From NCBI GenBank assembly GCA_014860585.1, contig JACZJL010000143.1, positions 2,543 to 66,542 on the forward strand: a stretch of 64,000 nt of DNA, in the 5' to 3' direction. Below, one piece after another: positions 1 through 9,316 of this stretch. The position numbers and the translations under genes are program-made. The stretch's first letter is position 1. Every line of letters starts with the position of its first letter. The notes beneath the pieces are model-generated. The model was not told the DNA's origin. It saw only the letters and a list, made by a program, of their open reading frames with translations, and searched no databases. Source of the DNA: Bacteroidales bacterium (GTDB lineage Bacteria > Bacteroidota > Bacteroidia > Bacteroidales > 4484-276).

Positions 1-465
1 ATCGTTGATCTGCAGGTTCATGTCTTCCATGTCGGCAAGCAGAGTCTGAATTTCAAGGTCTTTGCTTTCAACCACTGAATTTAGGTTGGCAATCATCTTT
101 TCGAGTTGTTGATTTTCGCCGGTTGTTGTTTTTAACCTTTGACTGAGAAGCTCAAGATTCTCGCGGTTTTTCCGCATGAGTTCATCAATAGCCATGATTT
201 CCTGTTTAATATCATCCACCTTATTTGTTTTGTTTTCGGTGGTTGAAGAAATTTTCAGAAGTCTTTCCTCACGGGCTCTGACATTGGTAAGATTTTCTTC
301 AATTTCGTTGAGGATTGAGATCATGCTGTTGATGTCATCTTCGCGTTGTTGCACGGTAAGCTGCAATTTTTCATTTTCTTGCTTGAGCCTGTCAACTTCC
401 TTGCGCTGGCAGGATGAAACCACGAAGGTCATTAATAATAAAGCGACTGCAATTTTTTTCATCAT
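1..465 (-). CDS. hypothetical coiled-coil lipoprotein (N-terminal 155 codons; C-terminus lies beyond the window start)
   Basis: Hand translation of the minus strand from ATG at 465-463 gives MMKKIAVALLLMTFVVSSCQRKEVDRLKQENEKLQLTVQQRE... It has a hydrophobic signal followed by Cys (lipobox-like VSSC). The frame stays open to base 1 and the rest is heptad-like E/K/L/N-rich. It is absent from the ORF track because no stop lies in the window. Confidence 0.55.
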   Translation of the reverse strand, partial: MMKKIAVALLLMTFVVSSCQRKEVDRLKQENEKLQLTVQQREDDINSMISILNEIEENLTNVRAREERLLKISSTTENKTNKVDDIKQEIMAIDELMRKNRENLELLSQRLKTTTGENQQLEKMIANLNSVVESKDLEIQTLLADMEDMNLQIND

Positions 466-634
466 TTTAATTTGTTTTAAATATTTGAACAGTCATAACG
501 TTTAAAAAGCTCAAATCGTAGGAAGAAGTGTATTTATTTTCAACATGCGTTGAGTAATGAAATTGGAGAAGTGTTGATCATCAAAAGGTTGATGTGTTAT
601 TCTGTCATTTTATTCAATTTCTTTATTTTATTTC

Positions 635-642
635 TATTTTTG
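635..642 (+). promoter_or_regulatory. Bacteroidota -7 promoter box TATTTTTG (TAnnTTTG) upstream of fabD
   Basis: Exact match to TAnnTTTG, 40 nt upstream of the fabD ATG. Confidence 0.5.
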
Positions 643-681
643 CCGCGATTAAAGAGAAGACGTTAAAACCAATTTATTTTT

Positions 682-1569
682 ATGAAAGCTTATGTTTTCC
701 CCGGTCAGGGGGCACAGTTTGTCGGGATGGGAAAGGATTTATACGAGAAGTTCCCGGCCGCGAAGGAACTCTTTGAAAAAGCCAACAAAATTCTCGGTTT
801 CAGGATAACAGATATCATGTTTGATGGAACAGATGACGATTTGAAAGAGACCAAAGTTACTCAACCTGCAATTTTTTTACACTCAGTTATTTTGGCCAGG
901 ATGCTGAAGGACAGCTTTAAACCTGATATGGTTGCAGGACACTCGTTGGGTGAGTTTTCGGCGCTGGTTTCCAATAAATCGCTTTCGTTTGAGGATGGTC
1001 TTAAGCTGGTCAGTAAAAGGGCTCAGGCCATGCAAAAAGCCTGCGAAGCTGAGCCTTCAACCATGGCTGCCATTCTTGGTCTTGATGATGCTGTTGTTGA
1101 AAAGGTTTTAAAAGACATCAACGAAATTGTTGTTCCTGCCAACTATAATAGCCCCGGGCAATTGGTTATTTCAGGTTCGGTAAAAGGTATCGAGATAGCT
1201 TGTGCAAAACTTACTGACGCAGGCGCCAAACGTGCTTTGCAATTAAAAGTAGGGGGAGCATTTCATTCGCCATTGATGGAACCTGCCAGGCTTGAGCTGT
1301 CCAAAGCTATTGAAACTACTAAGTTTGTCAAGGGAATTTGCCCTATTTATCAAAACGTAACAGCTCAACCGGTGACAGATCCGGAAATTATCAAATCGAA
1401 CCTTATCGCTCAGCTTACCGCACCGGTTCGCTGGACACAAATCATGAAGAACATGCTTGCTGATGGGGTAAAACAAGTAGTTGAGGTTGGGCCGGGAACT
1501 GTTCTTCAGGGCCTGTTTAAGAAAGTTGATCGTAACCTGGATGCCACAAGTGCTGTGATTGAGGAGTAG
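682..1569 (+). CDS. fabD: malonyl CoA-acyl carrier protein transacylase
   Basis: 295 aa. N-terminus is FPGQGAQFVGMG, the active-site motif is GHSLGEFSAL, and a later GGAFHSPLM motif is present. Confidence 0.92.
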   Translation: MKAYVFPGQGAQFVGMGKDLYEKFPAAKELFEKANKILGFRITDIMFDGTDDDLKETKVTQPAIFLHSVILARMLKDSFKPDMVAGHSLGEFSALVSNKSLSFEDGLKLVSKRAQAMQKACEAEPSTMAAILGLDDAVVEKVLKDINEIVVPANYNSPGQLVISGSVKGIEIACAKLTDAGAKRALQLKVGGAFHSPLMEPARLELSKAIETTKFVKGICPIYQNVTAQPVTDPEIIKSNLIAQLTAPVRWTQIMKNMLADGVKQVVEVGPGTVLQGLFKKVDRNLDATSAVIEE

Positions 1570-1763
1570 TAAATGAATTATTTCTTTTTGTTCAATATTG
1601 CCTGATAAAGAAATTTGAAAAAACAGGTAACTGTTAAGTTAAGGTCAGCTTGTGCCCAATTCCACTTTCATTTTTTTGTTTTGATTGAATTTGACAATTG
1701 GTCGTAAAGAAACCCTCGAAATATTTGAATCTGAACAGAACATCCTATTCCGGAAACATTCCT

Positions 1764-1771
1764 TAAATTTG
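1764..1771 (+). promoter_or_regulatory. -7 promoter box TAAATTTG upstream of nfeD
   Basis: Matches TAnnTTTG, 32 nt upstream of the ATG at 1803. Confidence 0.45.
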
Positions 1772-1802
1772 CCTGATCTTAAACTGATTAAAGCCAACGT
1801 AT

Positions 1803-3179
1803 ATGAATCGAATAGCAGTTAATTTTTTTGCCGTTTTCATCGCCCTGATTTATGCTGCTTTACCTGCCTGTGCAGAGGAGGAAGAAAATCCATTTAGCGA
1901 TAAGTCGAAAGTTTACAGGGTTTACACATTAAATATTAAGGAGATGATTGCACCTCCGGTCTGGCACTTGACAAAAAAAGCACTGCAATCAGCAAAGGAC
2001 ACCGCTGCCGATTTGATTCTGATCGATATGAATACCTATGGAGGAATGCTCGAATCGGCAGACTCGATCAGGACGGCAATTTTGCAATCATCCATTCCGG
2101 TTTGGGTTTTTATTGATAACAACGCTGCCTCTGCAGGAGCATTGATCTCTATTGCCTGCGACAGTATTTACATGCGTCCCGGAGCAAATATTGGTGCTGC
2201 TACCGTTGTTGATCAATCCGGTGAAGTTGTGCCGGACAAGTATCAATCCTACATGCGTTCGATGATGCGTGCGACGGCCGAAGCCAAAGGACGAGATCCG
2301 AAAATCGCTGAGGGTATGGTTGACCCGCGAATTAAAATCCCAGGTGTATCCGACTCGGGACAGGTAATCACCTTTACCACATCTGAAGCAATCAAATTCG
2401 GATTTTCTGAAGCTCAGGCAGAAAGTCTTCAGGATGTGCTTAATGTTGCTGGAATTAAAGAATATGAAATCATCAACCATGAGCTGACGTTTACCGACAG
2501 GATTATCCGTTTTTTAATCAGCCCTGTTGTTTCAGGAATCCTGATCATGGTGATCATCGGCGGGTTGTATTTTGAGTTACAAACACCCGGGGTAGGATTT
2601 CCAATTGCAGCCTCTATTTTGGCTGCTTTGCTCTATTTTATGCCGTTATACCTCGAAGGCATTGCAACACACTGGGAAATTATTATTTTCATCGTCGGAG
2701 TAATTCTTATTGCCCTGGAAGTGTTTGTCATACCTGGTTTTGGTGTGGCTGGTATAACGGGCATAGTGCTTGTAGTTGCCGGCCTTGCGCTTGGTATGGT
2801 TGACATCAAGGGTTTCGAGCTTGGAAGTTTCCCTTTCAGAGAACTAACAGTTTCCTTGTTCATCGTAATCATAGCCACTTTTATTTCGCTAACACTTTCG
2901 TTCTGGATCAGCCGAAAACTTTTCACAACAACAACTTTTGGGCACCTGGCACTTGCCACGACTCAGGAAAGTTCAGAGGGTTACACTTCAGCACTTGAAT
3001 CTTATACCCGTATGATTGGCCTGGAAGGCATTTCAAAAACGGTATTGAGGCCATCCGGCAAAATACTGATCGATGAAGAAACCTATGATGCTACAGCCGA
3101 GTCGGGATTTATCGAAAAAGGCGAACCAATCAAAGTTACGCGCTATATCAATTCCCAGCTGTTTGTGAGAAAACTGTAA
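1803..3179 (+). CDS. nfeD: NfeD-family membrane-bound ClpP-class serine protease
   Basis: 458 aa with a signal peptide. The ClpP/SppA-like segment reads LILIDMNTYGGMLESA...NNAASAGALISIACDSIYM. A central block of TM helices follows, then a C-terminal NfeD OB-fold-like tail (GEPIKVTRYINSQLFVRKL). Confidence 0.75.
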   Translation: MNRIAVNFFAVFIALIYAALPACAEEEENPFSDKSKVYRVYTLNIKEMIAPPVWHLTKKALQSAKDTAADLILIDMNTYGGMLESADSIRTAILQSSIPVWVFIDNNAASAGALISIACDSIYMRPGANIGAATVVDQSGEVVPDKYQSYMRSMMRATAEAKGRDPKIAEGMVDPRIKIPGVSDSGQVITFTTSEAIKFGFSEAQAESLQDVLNVAGIKEYEIINHELTFTDRIIRFLISPVVSGILIMVIIGGLYFELQTPGVGFPIAASILAALLYFMPLYLEGIATHWEIIIFIVGVILIALEVFVIPGFGVAGITGIVLVVAGLALGMVDIKGFELGSFPFRELTVSLFIVIIATFISLTLSFWISRKLFTTTTFGHLALATTQESSEGYTSALESYTRMIGLEGISKTVLRPSGKILIDEETYDATAESGFIEKGEPIKVTRYINSQLFVRKL

Positions 3180-3392
3180 CCTTAGCGTTTGCTCATTGTG
3201 ATGGATACAGAGAGCACTTGAAAGCACGAAATGCATACCCTTGCCAAAAGAAGCTAACTAGCGGAAAGCATTGATCAGACCGTAAAAATTGTATGGCGAC
3301 AGTGTTAACTGATCCATTGCTGATTTTATGCCGATGCGTTCTGTAGTGGTTTGTTTAAGGAATGGTGGTAGTCATGATCATACTGAATTAAT

Positions 3393-3400
3393 TACTTTTG
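3393..3400 (+). promoter_or_regulatory. -7 promoter box TACTTTTG (within TTACTTTTGCAAAAA) upstream of prfA
   Basis: Matches TAnnTTTG, 22 nt upstream of the ATG. The same extended TTACTTTTGCAAAAA sequence occurs upstream of greA. Confidence 0.55.
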
Positions 3401-3421
3401 CAAAAATTTTTCTAAAGATTT

Positions 3422-4498
3422 ATGCTTGACAAACTTAAAGCAATAAAAACAAAGTGGAAGGACATTGAGCAGAAAATGAATGAACCTACTGCAATGTCCG
3501 ACATGAAGATGTTCATAAAGCTGAATAAGGAATATAAAGATCTGCAACCGATCGTTGAAGCCTATGATGAGCTGAGCATGATCACCTACAATATCGAATC
3601 GACCAGGGAGATTCTAAAAAACGAGAAAGACGAAGAATTTCGCACCATGGCGAAGGAAGAACTGGCAGAATTGATTGCGCGGAGGGATACCTTGGAAGAA
3701 AAAGCACGCCTCATGCTAATTCCTGCAGACCCGATTGATGATAAGAATGCCATTATTGAAATCAGGGCTGGCACTGGGGGTGATGAAGCCAGCATTTTTG
3801 CGGGCGATCTTTACAGAATGTATGCGAAATTTGCTGAAACCAAAGGTTGGTCAGTAGAATTTGTTGACGCTGCTGAAGGCACAATGGGGGGCTTTAAGGA
3901 GATCATTTTCAATATAAAAGGGGATAAAGTTTACGGGCAAATGAAATATGAGTCCGGTGTACATCGCGTGCAAAGGGTTCCGGTGACTGAAACACAGGGC
4001 AGGGTTCATACATCAGCCTCTTCAGTTGTTGTTTTACCTGAAGCCGATGAGTTTGATATTGAGTTAAATCCTTCTGATATCCGGCGTGATGTTTTTTGCT
4101 CTTCGGGCCCGGGTGGGCAATCTGTCAATACCACTTACTCCGCTGTCAGGCTTACCCATATTCCGACAGGGATTGTGGCTTCCTGCCAGGATCAGAAATC
4201 ACAAATTAAAAACTACAATAAGGCACTTTCGGTATTACGTTCCAGAATCTATGAACTTGAACATCAGAAGTATCTTGACGTAATTTCCTCGAAAAGAAAA
4301 ACCATGGTATCGACAGGTGACCGGTCAGCCAAAATCAGAACCTACAATTATCCACAGGGAAGAGTGTCGGATCACCGGATCGGGCTGACGCTATATAACC
4401 TTCAATCCATTGTGGATGGGAATATTCAGGAGCTCATTGATCAATTACAGTTGGCCGAAAACGCCGAACGGCTCAAATCGGAAATTGAAACGGATTAA
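3422..4498 (+). CDS. prfA: peptide chain release factor 1
   Basis: 358 aa. GGQ motif (SSGPGGQSVNTT) and the RF1-type PVT anticodon tripeptide (RVPVTETQGR). No frameshift site is needed. Confidence 0.93.
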   Translation: MLDKLKAIKTKWKDIEQKMNEPTAMSDMKMFIKLNKEYKDLQPIVEAYDELSMITYNIESTREILKNEKDEEFRTMAKEELAELIARRDTLEEKARLMLIPADPIDDKNAIIEIRAGTGGDEASIFAGDLYRMYAKFAETKGWSVEFVDAAEGTMGGFKEIIFNIKGDKVYGQMKYESGVHRVQRVPVTETQGRVHTSASSVVVLPEADEFDIELNPSDIRRDVFCSSGPGGQSVNTTYSAVRLTHIPTGIVASCQDQKSQIKNYNKALSVLRSRIYELEHQKYLDVISSKRKTMVSTGDRSAKIRTYNYPQGRVSDHRIGLTLYNLQSIVDGNIQELIDQLQLAENAERLKSEIETD

Positions 4499-4540
4499 TC
4501 GTTTCGCAAAAAATCAATGTAAATAATTAACATCAAATAA

Positions 4541-5176
4541 ATGGAAAATCTGGAATACAACACTCAGCGCACGCAACTCCCATTACCGGAATATGGCAGA
4601 AATCTTCAAAAGATGGTAGATAAAGTGGTGAAAACTGAGGATAAGGAAAAAAGAACACGTTATGCCCATCAGCTGATTGAAATTATGGTTCAACTGCATA
4701 CAACGGCAAAAGACTCTCCCGAATTAAGACACAAATTATGGGATCACCTGCACATCATGTCGGATTTTAAACTCGATATCGATTCCCCATTCCCTGTACC
4801 TGACCGGGAAGTATTGACGAAAGCCCCAAGAAGGATTAGTTACCCTAAACGCAGCATGAAATACTCCTACTACGGCCGGAATATACAGATGATTATCGAA
4901 AAAGCCTGCGAAATGGAAGAAGGTCCGGACAAAGAAGAATTGACTAAAAGCATTGCCAACCAGCTAAAAAAATCTTACCTGATCTGGAACCGTGACTCAG
5001 TGGACGACAGTCTGATTGCACAGCACCTGACAGAATTGTCGAACAACAGGCTTCGTATTTCGGAAGCCCTGCAGCTTAAGCACACCAACGAAATATTGAG
5101 CCAGCAGGGAACCAAGAAAAAACCTAAACCTAAATCATCGAAGAATCAGTCGCAACGTAGGAAAGGGAAGTATTAG
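4541..5176 (+). CDS. DUF4290-like conserved hypothetical protein
   Basis: 211 aa. The N-terminus LEYNTQRTQLPLPEYGRNLQKMV matches my recollection of the DUF4290 family. The basic C-terminal tail and the position just upstream of murA are typical for Bacteroidota. Confidence 0.55.
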   Translation: MENLEYNTQRTQLPLPEYGRNLQKMVDKVVKTEDKEKRTRYAHQLIEIMVQLHTTAKDSPELRHKLWDHLHIMSDFKLDIDSPFPVPDREVLTKAPRRISYPKRSMKYSYYGRNIQMIIEKACEMEEGPDKEELTKSIANQLKKSYLIWNRDSVDDSLIAQHLTELSNNRLRISEALQLKHTNEILSQQGTKKKPKPKSSKNQSQRRKGKY

Positions 5177-5285
5177 CATTAAGGAAAATCAGGGAATTTG
5201 AAGGATAATCCATAACTAATCTTTTGCGTTGCCACAGGTGATTTTATCCTAAATATCAATTAATTTACCAAATTAAACAGCAGCT

Positions 5286-6590
5286 ATGAGTTCGTTCGTC
5301 ATTCAGGGCGGTAAGAAGTTAGGAGGTGAAATTACACCACAAGGCGCCAAAAATGAGGCACTGCAAGTAATCTGTGCTACTTTGCTTACACCTGAAAAGG
5401 TTACCATTTCCAATATTCCGCTCATCAATGATGTGATCAACCTGATTGATCTGCTTAGTGATCTGGGTGTGAAAGTGGGTAAAAAGGACAGGAATACTTT
5501 CACTTTCGAGGCAGTGCATATCAATCTCGAGTACCTGCGTTCAGACACTTTCAGGAAGAAAGGTGCAAGTCTCAGGGGCTCAATCATGATTCTTGGTCCT
5601 CTCCTCACTCGTTTCGGATTGGGTTACATTCCTCAGCCGGGTGGCGACAAAATTGGTCGCCGCCGTCTTGATACGCATTTTATTGGTTTGCAGAAACTCG
5701 GGGCAAAATTTGATCACAGTTTCGATGATAAATTTTACAAAGTAGATGCCTCAAAATTAACCGGAACCTATATGTTGCTTGACGAAGCCTCTGTGACCGG
5801 AACAGCAAACGTTTTGATGGCTGCCACACTTGCCAAAGGAACAACGACCATTTTCAATGCCGCCTGTGAGCCATACCTGGTTCAATTATGTAAAATGCTC
5901 AACCGGATGGGCGCAAAAATAACAGGGATAGGTTCTAATCTCCTCGTTATCGAAGGTGTGGAACAATTGCACGGTTGCAGTCATACTTTACTACCTGATA
6001 TGATCGAGATCGGAAGTTTCATCGGGCTTGCTGCCATGACGCAATCAGGTGTCACTATCAGAGGAGTCGACGTTAGCCAACTTGGGATCATCCCAGATGT
6101 ATTCAGGCGGCTGGGAATCATCATCGAAGAGGGCGAGAATTCGTTAATCATTCCTGAACAGGAGATTTACGAAGTGGAAACTTTTCTTGATGGCAGTATC
6201 ATGACCATTGCTGATGCACCATGGCCCGGCTTTACTCCGGACCTTATCAGTATTGCGCTGGTTGTGGCCATTCAGGCACAGGGTAGTGTACTCATCCACC
6301 AAAAGATGTTCGAAAGCCGCCTCTATTTTGTAGATAAACTTATTGACATGGGGGCACAAATCATCCTTTGTGACCCACATCGTGCAACCGTAATCGGCCT
6401 CGGCAGAAAATATAAACTTCGAGGCCTCAGGATGAGTTCACCTGACATACGGGCCGGGGTAGCACTTCTGATTGCAGCGCTTTCGGCAAATGGTGAAAGT
6501 ATTATCGACAATATTGACCAGATTGACCGTGGTTACCAGGATATTGATGTCAGGTTGAAAGCCCTGGGTGCTGATATTGTCAGGGTATAG
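5286..6590 (+). CDS. murA: UDP-N-acetylglucosamine 1-carboxyvinyltransferase
   Basis: 434 aa. GAKNEAL near the N-terminus, active-site loop PGGDKIGRRRLDTH (Asp121 where E. coli has Cys115), C-terminal IDRGY. Confidence 0.92.
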   Translation: MSSFVIQGGKKLGGEITPQGAKNEALQVICATLLTPEKVTISNIPLINDVINLIDLLSDLGVKVGKKDRNTFTFEAVHINLEYLRSDTFRKKGASLRGSIMILGPLLTRFGLGYIPQPGGDKIGRRRLDTHFIGLQKLGAKFDHSFDDKFYKVDASKLTGTYMLLDEASVTGTANVLMAATLAKGTTTIFNAACEPYLVQLCKMLNRMGAKITGIGSNLLVIEGVEQLHGCSHTLLPDMIEIGSFIGLAAMTQSGVTIRGVDVSQLGIIPDVFRRLGIIIEEGENSLIIPEQEIYEVETFLDGSIMTIADAPWPGFTPDLISIALVVAIQAQGSVLIHQKMFESRLYFVDKLIDMGAQIILCDPHRATVIGLGRKYKLRGLRMSSPDIRAGVALLIAALSANGESIIDNIDQIDRGYQDIDVRLKALGADIVRV

Positions 6591-6727
6591 GAGTTGTTGC
6601 TTTTTATCATGGAAATAAATCGCAAACTGCATACAGCAGGATCCAGAATCCGGCCTCCACAAGGAAATCTGCATTTTTATGGTCTTGTGGTCAATTGTCA
6701 GCTGTAACTTAAATATGTAACAGTATA

Positions 6728-7267
6728 ATGCTCAAAATGATCTTAAAACTTCTTTCACTCTTTCTCCTGATTCATATAGCATCTCATTCCCTGAATGCCC
6801 AGACTGGTTCATCTCCCAAAACGGGGATTGAAATTGGCAACCTTGCTCCGGACATCACCCTGAAAGATATGTACGAAAATGATTTGAGTCTTTATAATTT
6901 GAGAGGCAACATCGTCTTCATTTCTTTTTGGGCAGCCTGGTGTCGCCCGTGCAGGCATGAAAATCTTCAGATTGTTGAGATTTTCCAGACTTTTAAGGAT
7001 GTAAAATTCAGCAAGGGAGAGCGTTTCAGGATTTTTAGTGTATCCCTTGACAAAACGAGGGAGAACTGGATAAATGCCATCAACAAGGATGGTTTGGTTT
7101 GGAGTGATCATGTGAGCAGCCTCGAGGGTTGGGAGTCGCCGGTGGCAAAGACATACGATATCAGAGCAATCCCTGCCAACCTCCTGCTCGACAGCAATGG
7201 AATCATTATCGCAAAAAATCTAAAAATCGAACAGCTGAACGAACTTCTGCAAAAATTTGCGGAGTGA
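6728..7267 (+). CDS. TlpA-like periplasmic thiol:disulfide oxidoreductase (thioredoxin fold)
   Basis: 179 aa with a signal peptide and the CXXC motif FWAAWCRPCRHE. Confidence 0.8.
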   Translation: MLKMILKLLSLFLLIHIASHSLNAQTGSSPKTGIEIGNLAPDITLKDMYENDLSLYNLRGNIVFISFWAAWCRPCRHENLQIVEIFQTFKDVKFSKGERFRIFSVSLDKTRENWINAINKDGLVWSDHVSSLEGWESPVAKTYDIRAIPANLLLDSNGIIIAKNLKIEQLNELLQKFAE

Positions 7268-7320
7268 GAAGGACAAAGCTTTCAGGATCAACCGCTGACA
7301 TTCTGACGCTAAACCATTGA

Positions 7321-7340
7321 TTGGCAGAAATTTTGATAAC
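7321..7340 (+). promoter_or_regulatory. shared stress-operon motif, copy 1 (TTGGCAGAAATTTTGATAAC)
   Basis: Lies 58 nt upstream of the grpE ATG. It is 16/20 identical to the copy at 41121-41140 (groES) and 13/17 identical to the copy at 52463-52444 (trxB, minus strand). Confidence 0.45.
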
Positions 7341-7397
7341 AGATGCCCAATCTATCCAAATATATTGTAAATCATTGATTATTAATAGAGATGAATT

Positions 7398-8015
7398 ATG
7401 GTTGAAGAAAACAATTTTGATTTCACTGATCTATCCGGAGAGACGGTTGATGGCAAGGATGCCACAAGTGCAGAAAGCACGAAGGACGCACAGGCAAAAA
7501 ATGCTAAGGACCAAACCTCTAAAACACTGTTTCAAAAAGGCCACAAGGCCGTGAAGAGATATGAAGAGAAGATCAAAAGCCTCGAAGAAAAACTGGATGA
7601 ACTCAATGATAAATATTTAAGATTGTTTTCTGAGTTCGATAACTATCGCAAGAGAACAAATAAAGAGCGTCTTGATTTATTGAAGACAGCCTCCGAAGAT
7701 ACGATCATTGGTCTGTTACCTGTGCTGGATGATTTTGAAAGAGCCATTGCTGCAATGGATAAAAATGGCGCTACTGGTGTTGATGTTGATGGAATTAAAC
7801 TGATATACAATAAGTTATTAAATATTCTAACAAAAAAAGGACTTGAGTCGATGAGTTCAGCAGGACAACCGTTTGACACCGACTTTCACGAAGCATTAAC
7901 CATTATTCCCGCCCCTGACGACCAGATGAAAGGAAAAGTGATCGAAGAAATTGAAAAAGGTTACCTTCTCAACGGAAAAGTGATCAGGTTTGCCCGCGTA
8001 GTTGTGGGGCAATAA
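7398..8015 (+). CDS. grpE: nucleotide exchange factor GrpE
   Basis: 205 aa. The coiled-coil N-terminus is followed by YLRLFSEFDNYRKR and a C-terminal beta domain. The gene is followed directly by dnaJ. Confidence 0.92.
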   Translation: MVEENNFDFTDLSGETVDGKDATSAESTKDAQAKNAKDQTSKTLFQKGHKAVKRYEEKIKSLEEKLDELNDKYLRLFSEFDNYRKRTNKERLDLLKTASEDTIIGLLPVLDDFERAIAAMDKNGATGVDVDGIKLIYNKLLNILTKKGLESMSSAGQPFDTDFHEALTIIPAPDDQMKGKVIEEIEKGYLLNGKVIRFARVVVGQ

Positions 8016-8048
8016 ATGCCGGTCATTATCAAAACAAACACAAAGGAT

Positions 8049-9194
8049 ATGTCAAAAAGAGACTACTACGAAATACTTGAAGTGTCCAGAGATGCCAGCG
8101 AGGCCGATGTTAAAAAGGCTTACCGCAAGATGGCGTTGAAATTTCATCCTGATAAAAACCCTGGTGACAAAAGTGCGGAAGATAAATTTAAAGAGGCTGC
8201 CGAAGCCTATGAGGTCTTGAGCGATCCACAGAAGCGGGAACGTTACAATCGTTATGGCCATGATGGGGTGGGCAACCAGGGTGGTGGTATGTCGATGGAT
8301 GATATATTCTCTCATTTTGGTGATATTTTTGGTGGGGCATTCGGAGGGTTTGGTGGTGGTTTTGGAGGCGGTTTCAGCGGTGGAGGCACACACCGGAGGG
8401 TCAATCGGGGATCCAATCTTCGTGTTAAAGTAAAGCTGAATCTTGATGAAATTGCAAATGGAGTTGAAAAGAAAATCAAGGTAAGTAAATTTGTAAAATG
8501 CGAGCCCTGCTCAGGAACAGGCGCCCAACATGGCTCATCTTACAATACATGTCACACGTGTCATGGCTCTGGCCAGGTAACTCGGGTGACCAATACATTT
8601 TTGGGACAAATGCAAACCACATCTACCTGTCCGACTTGTGGTGGAGAAGGTCGTTCGATAACCCAGAAATGCACTTCCTGCGGTGGCGACGGCATAGTGA
8701 AAGGGGAAGAGGTGATCAGTATCAATATACCGGCTGGTGTGGCTGATGGCATGCAGCTTTCGGTGAGTGGAAAAGGAAATGCCGGTGCAAGAAGTGGTAT
8801 CAATGGCGACCTCATCATCATCATCGAAGAGAAAGAACACGAAGACCTGGTGCGTGATGGCAACAACCTGATCTATGAAAAATATATCTCCTTCCCTGAT
8901 GCAGTGCTCGGCTGTCAGGTAGAAATACCAACCCTTGAAGGAAAAGCAAGGATTACACTGGAGCCAGGAATACAAAGCGGCAAAGTACTCCGCCTCAAAG
9001 GTAAAGGACTGCCAAATATTGACCGTTACGGTAAAGGTGATCTGCTGATTAACATCAATGTATGGACTCCCGAGAGTGTAAGTAAAGAGGAAAAACTAAT
9101 CCTTGAAAAGCTGGCACTTTCGCCCAATTTCAGTCCTTCCCCTTCAAAAGGTCAGAAAAACTTCTTTAGCCGGATGAAAGAATATTTTCAGTAA
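8049..9194 (+). CDS. dnaJ: molecular chaperone DnaJ
   Basis: J domain with HPD (KFHPDKNP), a G/F-rich linker and four CxxCxGxG zinc-finger repeats. I prefer the start at [12 protein letters not shown] (ATG 8049) over the track start at 8016. Confidence 0.93.
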   Translation: MSKRDYYEILEVSRDASEADVKKAYRKMALKFHPDKNPGDKSAEDKFKEAAEAYEVLSDPQKRERYNRYGHDGVGNQGGGMSMDDIFSHFGDIFGGAFGGFGGGFGGGFSGGGTHRRVNRGSNLRVKVKLNLDEIANGVEKKIKVSKFVKCEPCSGTGAQHGSSYNTCHTCHGSGQVTRVTNTFLGQMQTTSTCPTCGGEGRSITQKCTSCGGDGIVKGEEVISINIPAGVADGMQLSVSGKGNAGARSGINGDLIIIIEEKEHEDLVRDGNNLIYEKYISFPDAVLGCQVEIPTLEGKARITLEPGIQSGKVLRLKGKGLPNIDRYGKGDLLININVWTPESVSKEEKLILEKLALSPNFSPSPSKGQKNFFSRMKEYFQ

Positions 9195-9278
9195 AAAATG
9201 ATACTCGTTGACGTTTTTAGAAAAATTATATGTATGGTTTAGTAAAACTATTCAGAGCCGGAGATGATTGAAAGTTAA

Positions 9279-9286
9279 TACTTTTG
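9279..9286 (+). promoter_or_regulatory. -7 promoter box TACTTTTG upstream of the ABC transporter genes
   Basis: Matches TAnnTTTG. It overlaps the track TTG start at 9284, which argues for the ATG at 9317 as the real start. Confidence 0.5.
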
Positions 9287-9316
9287 TTCCTCATAATTAA
9301 CCTAAAAGGACCTTTT

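Noticed and set aside
176-505. 109-aa plus-strand ORF from the track (S/L/I-rich, low complexity)
   Set aside because: It is antisense to a much more protein-like minus-strand ORF (465 down to 1) that has a lipoprotein signal and coiled-coil sequence. It has no promoter box and its composition is implausible.
8016-8048. N-terminal extensions in the ORF track: dnaJ 8016, ABC ATPase 9284, giant ORF 12495, plsY 17035
   Set aside because: The conserved family N-termini or signal peptides begin at the internal ATGs (8049, 9317, 12609, 17143). The 9284 start overlaps its own promoter box, and the 17035 start would overlap the preceding gene by 107 nt.
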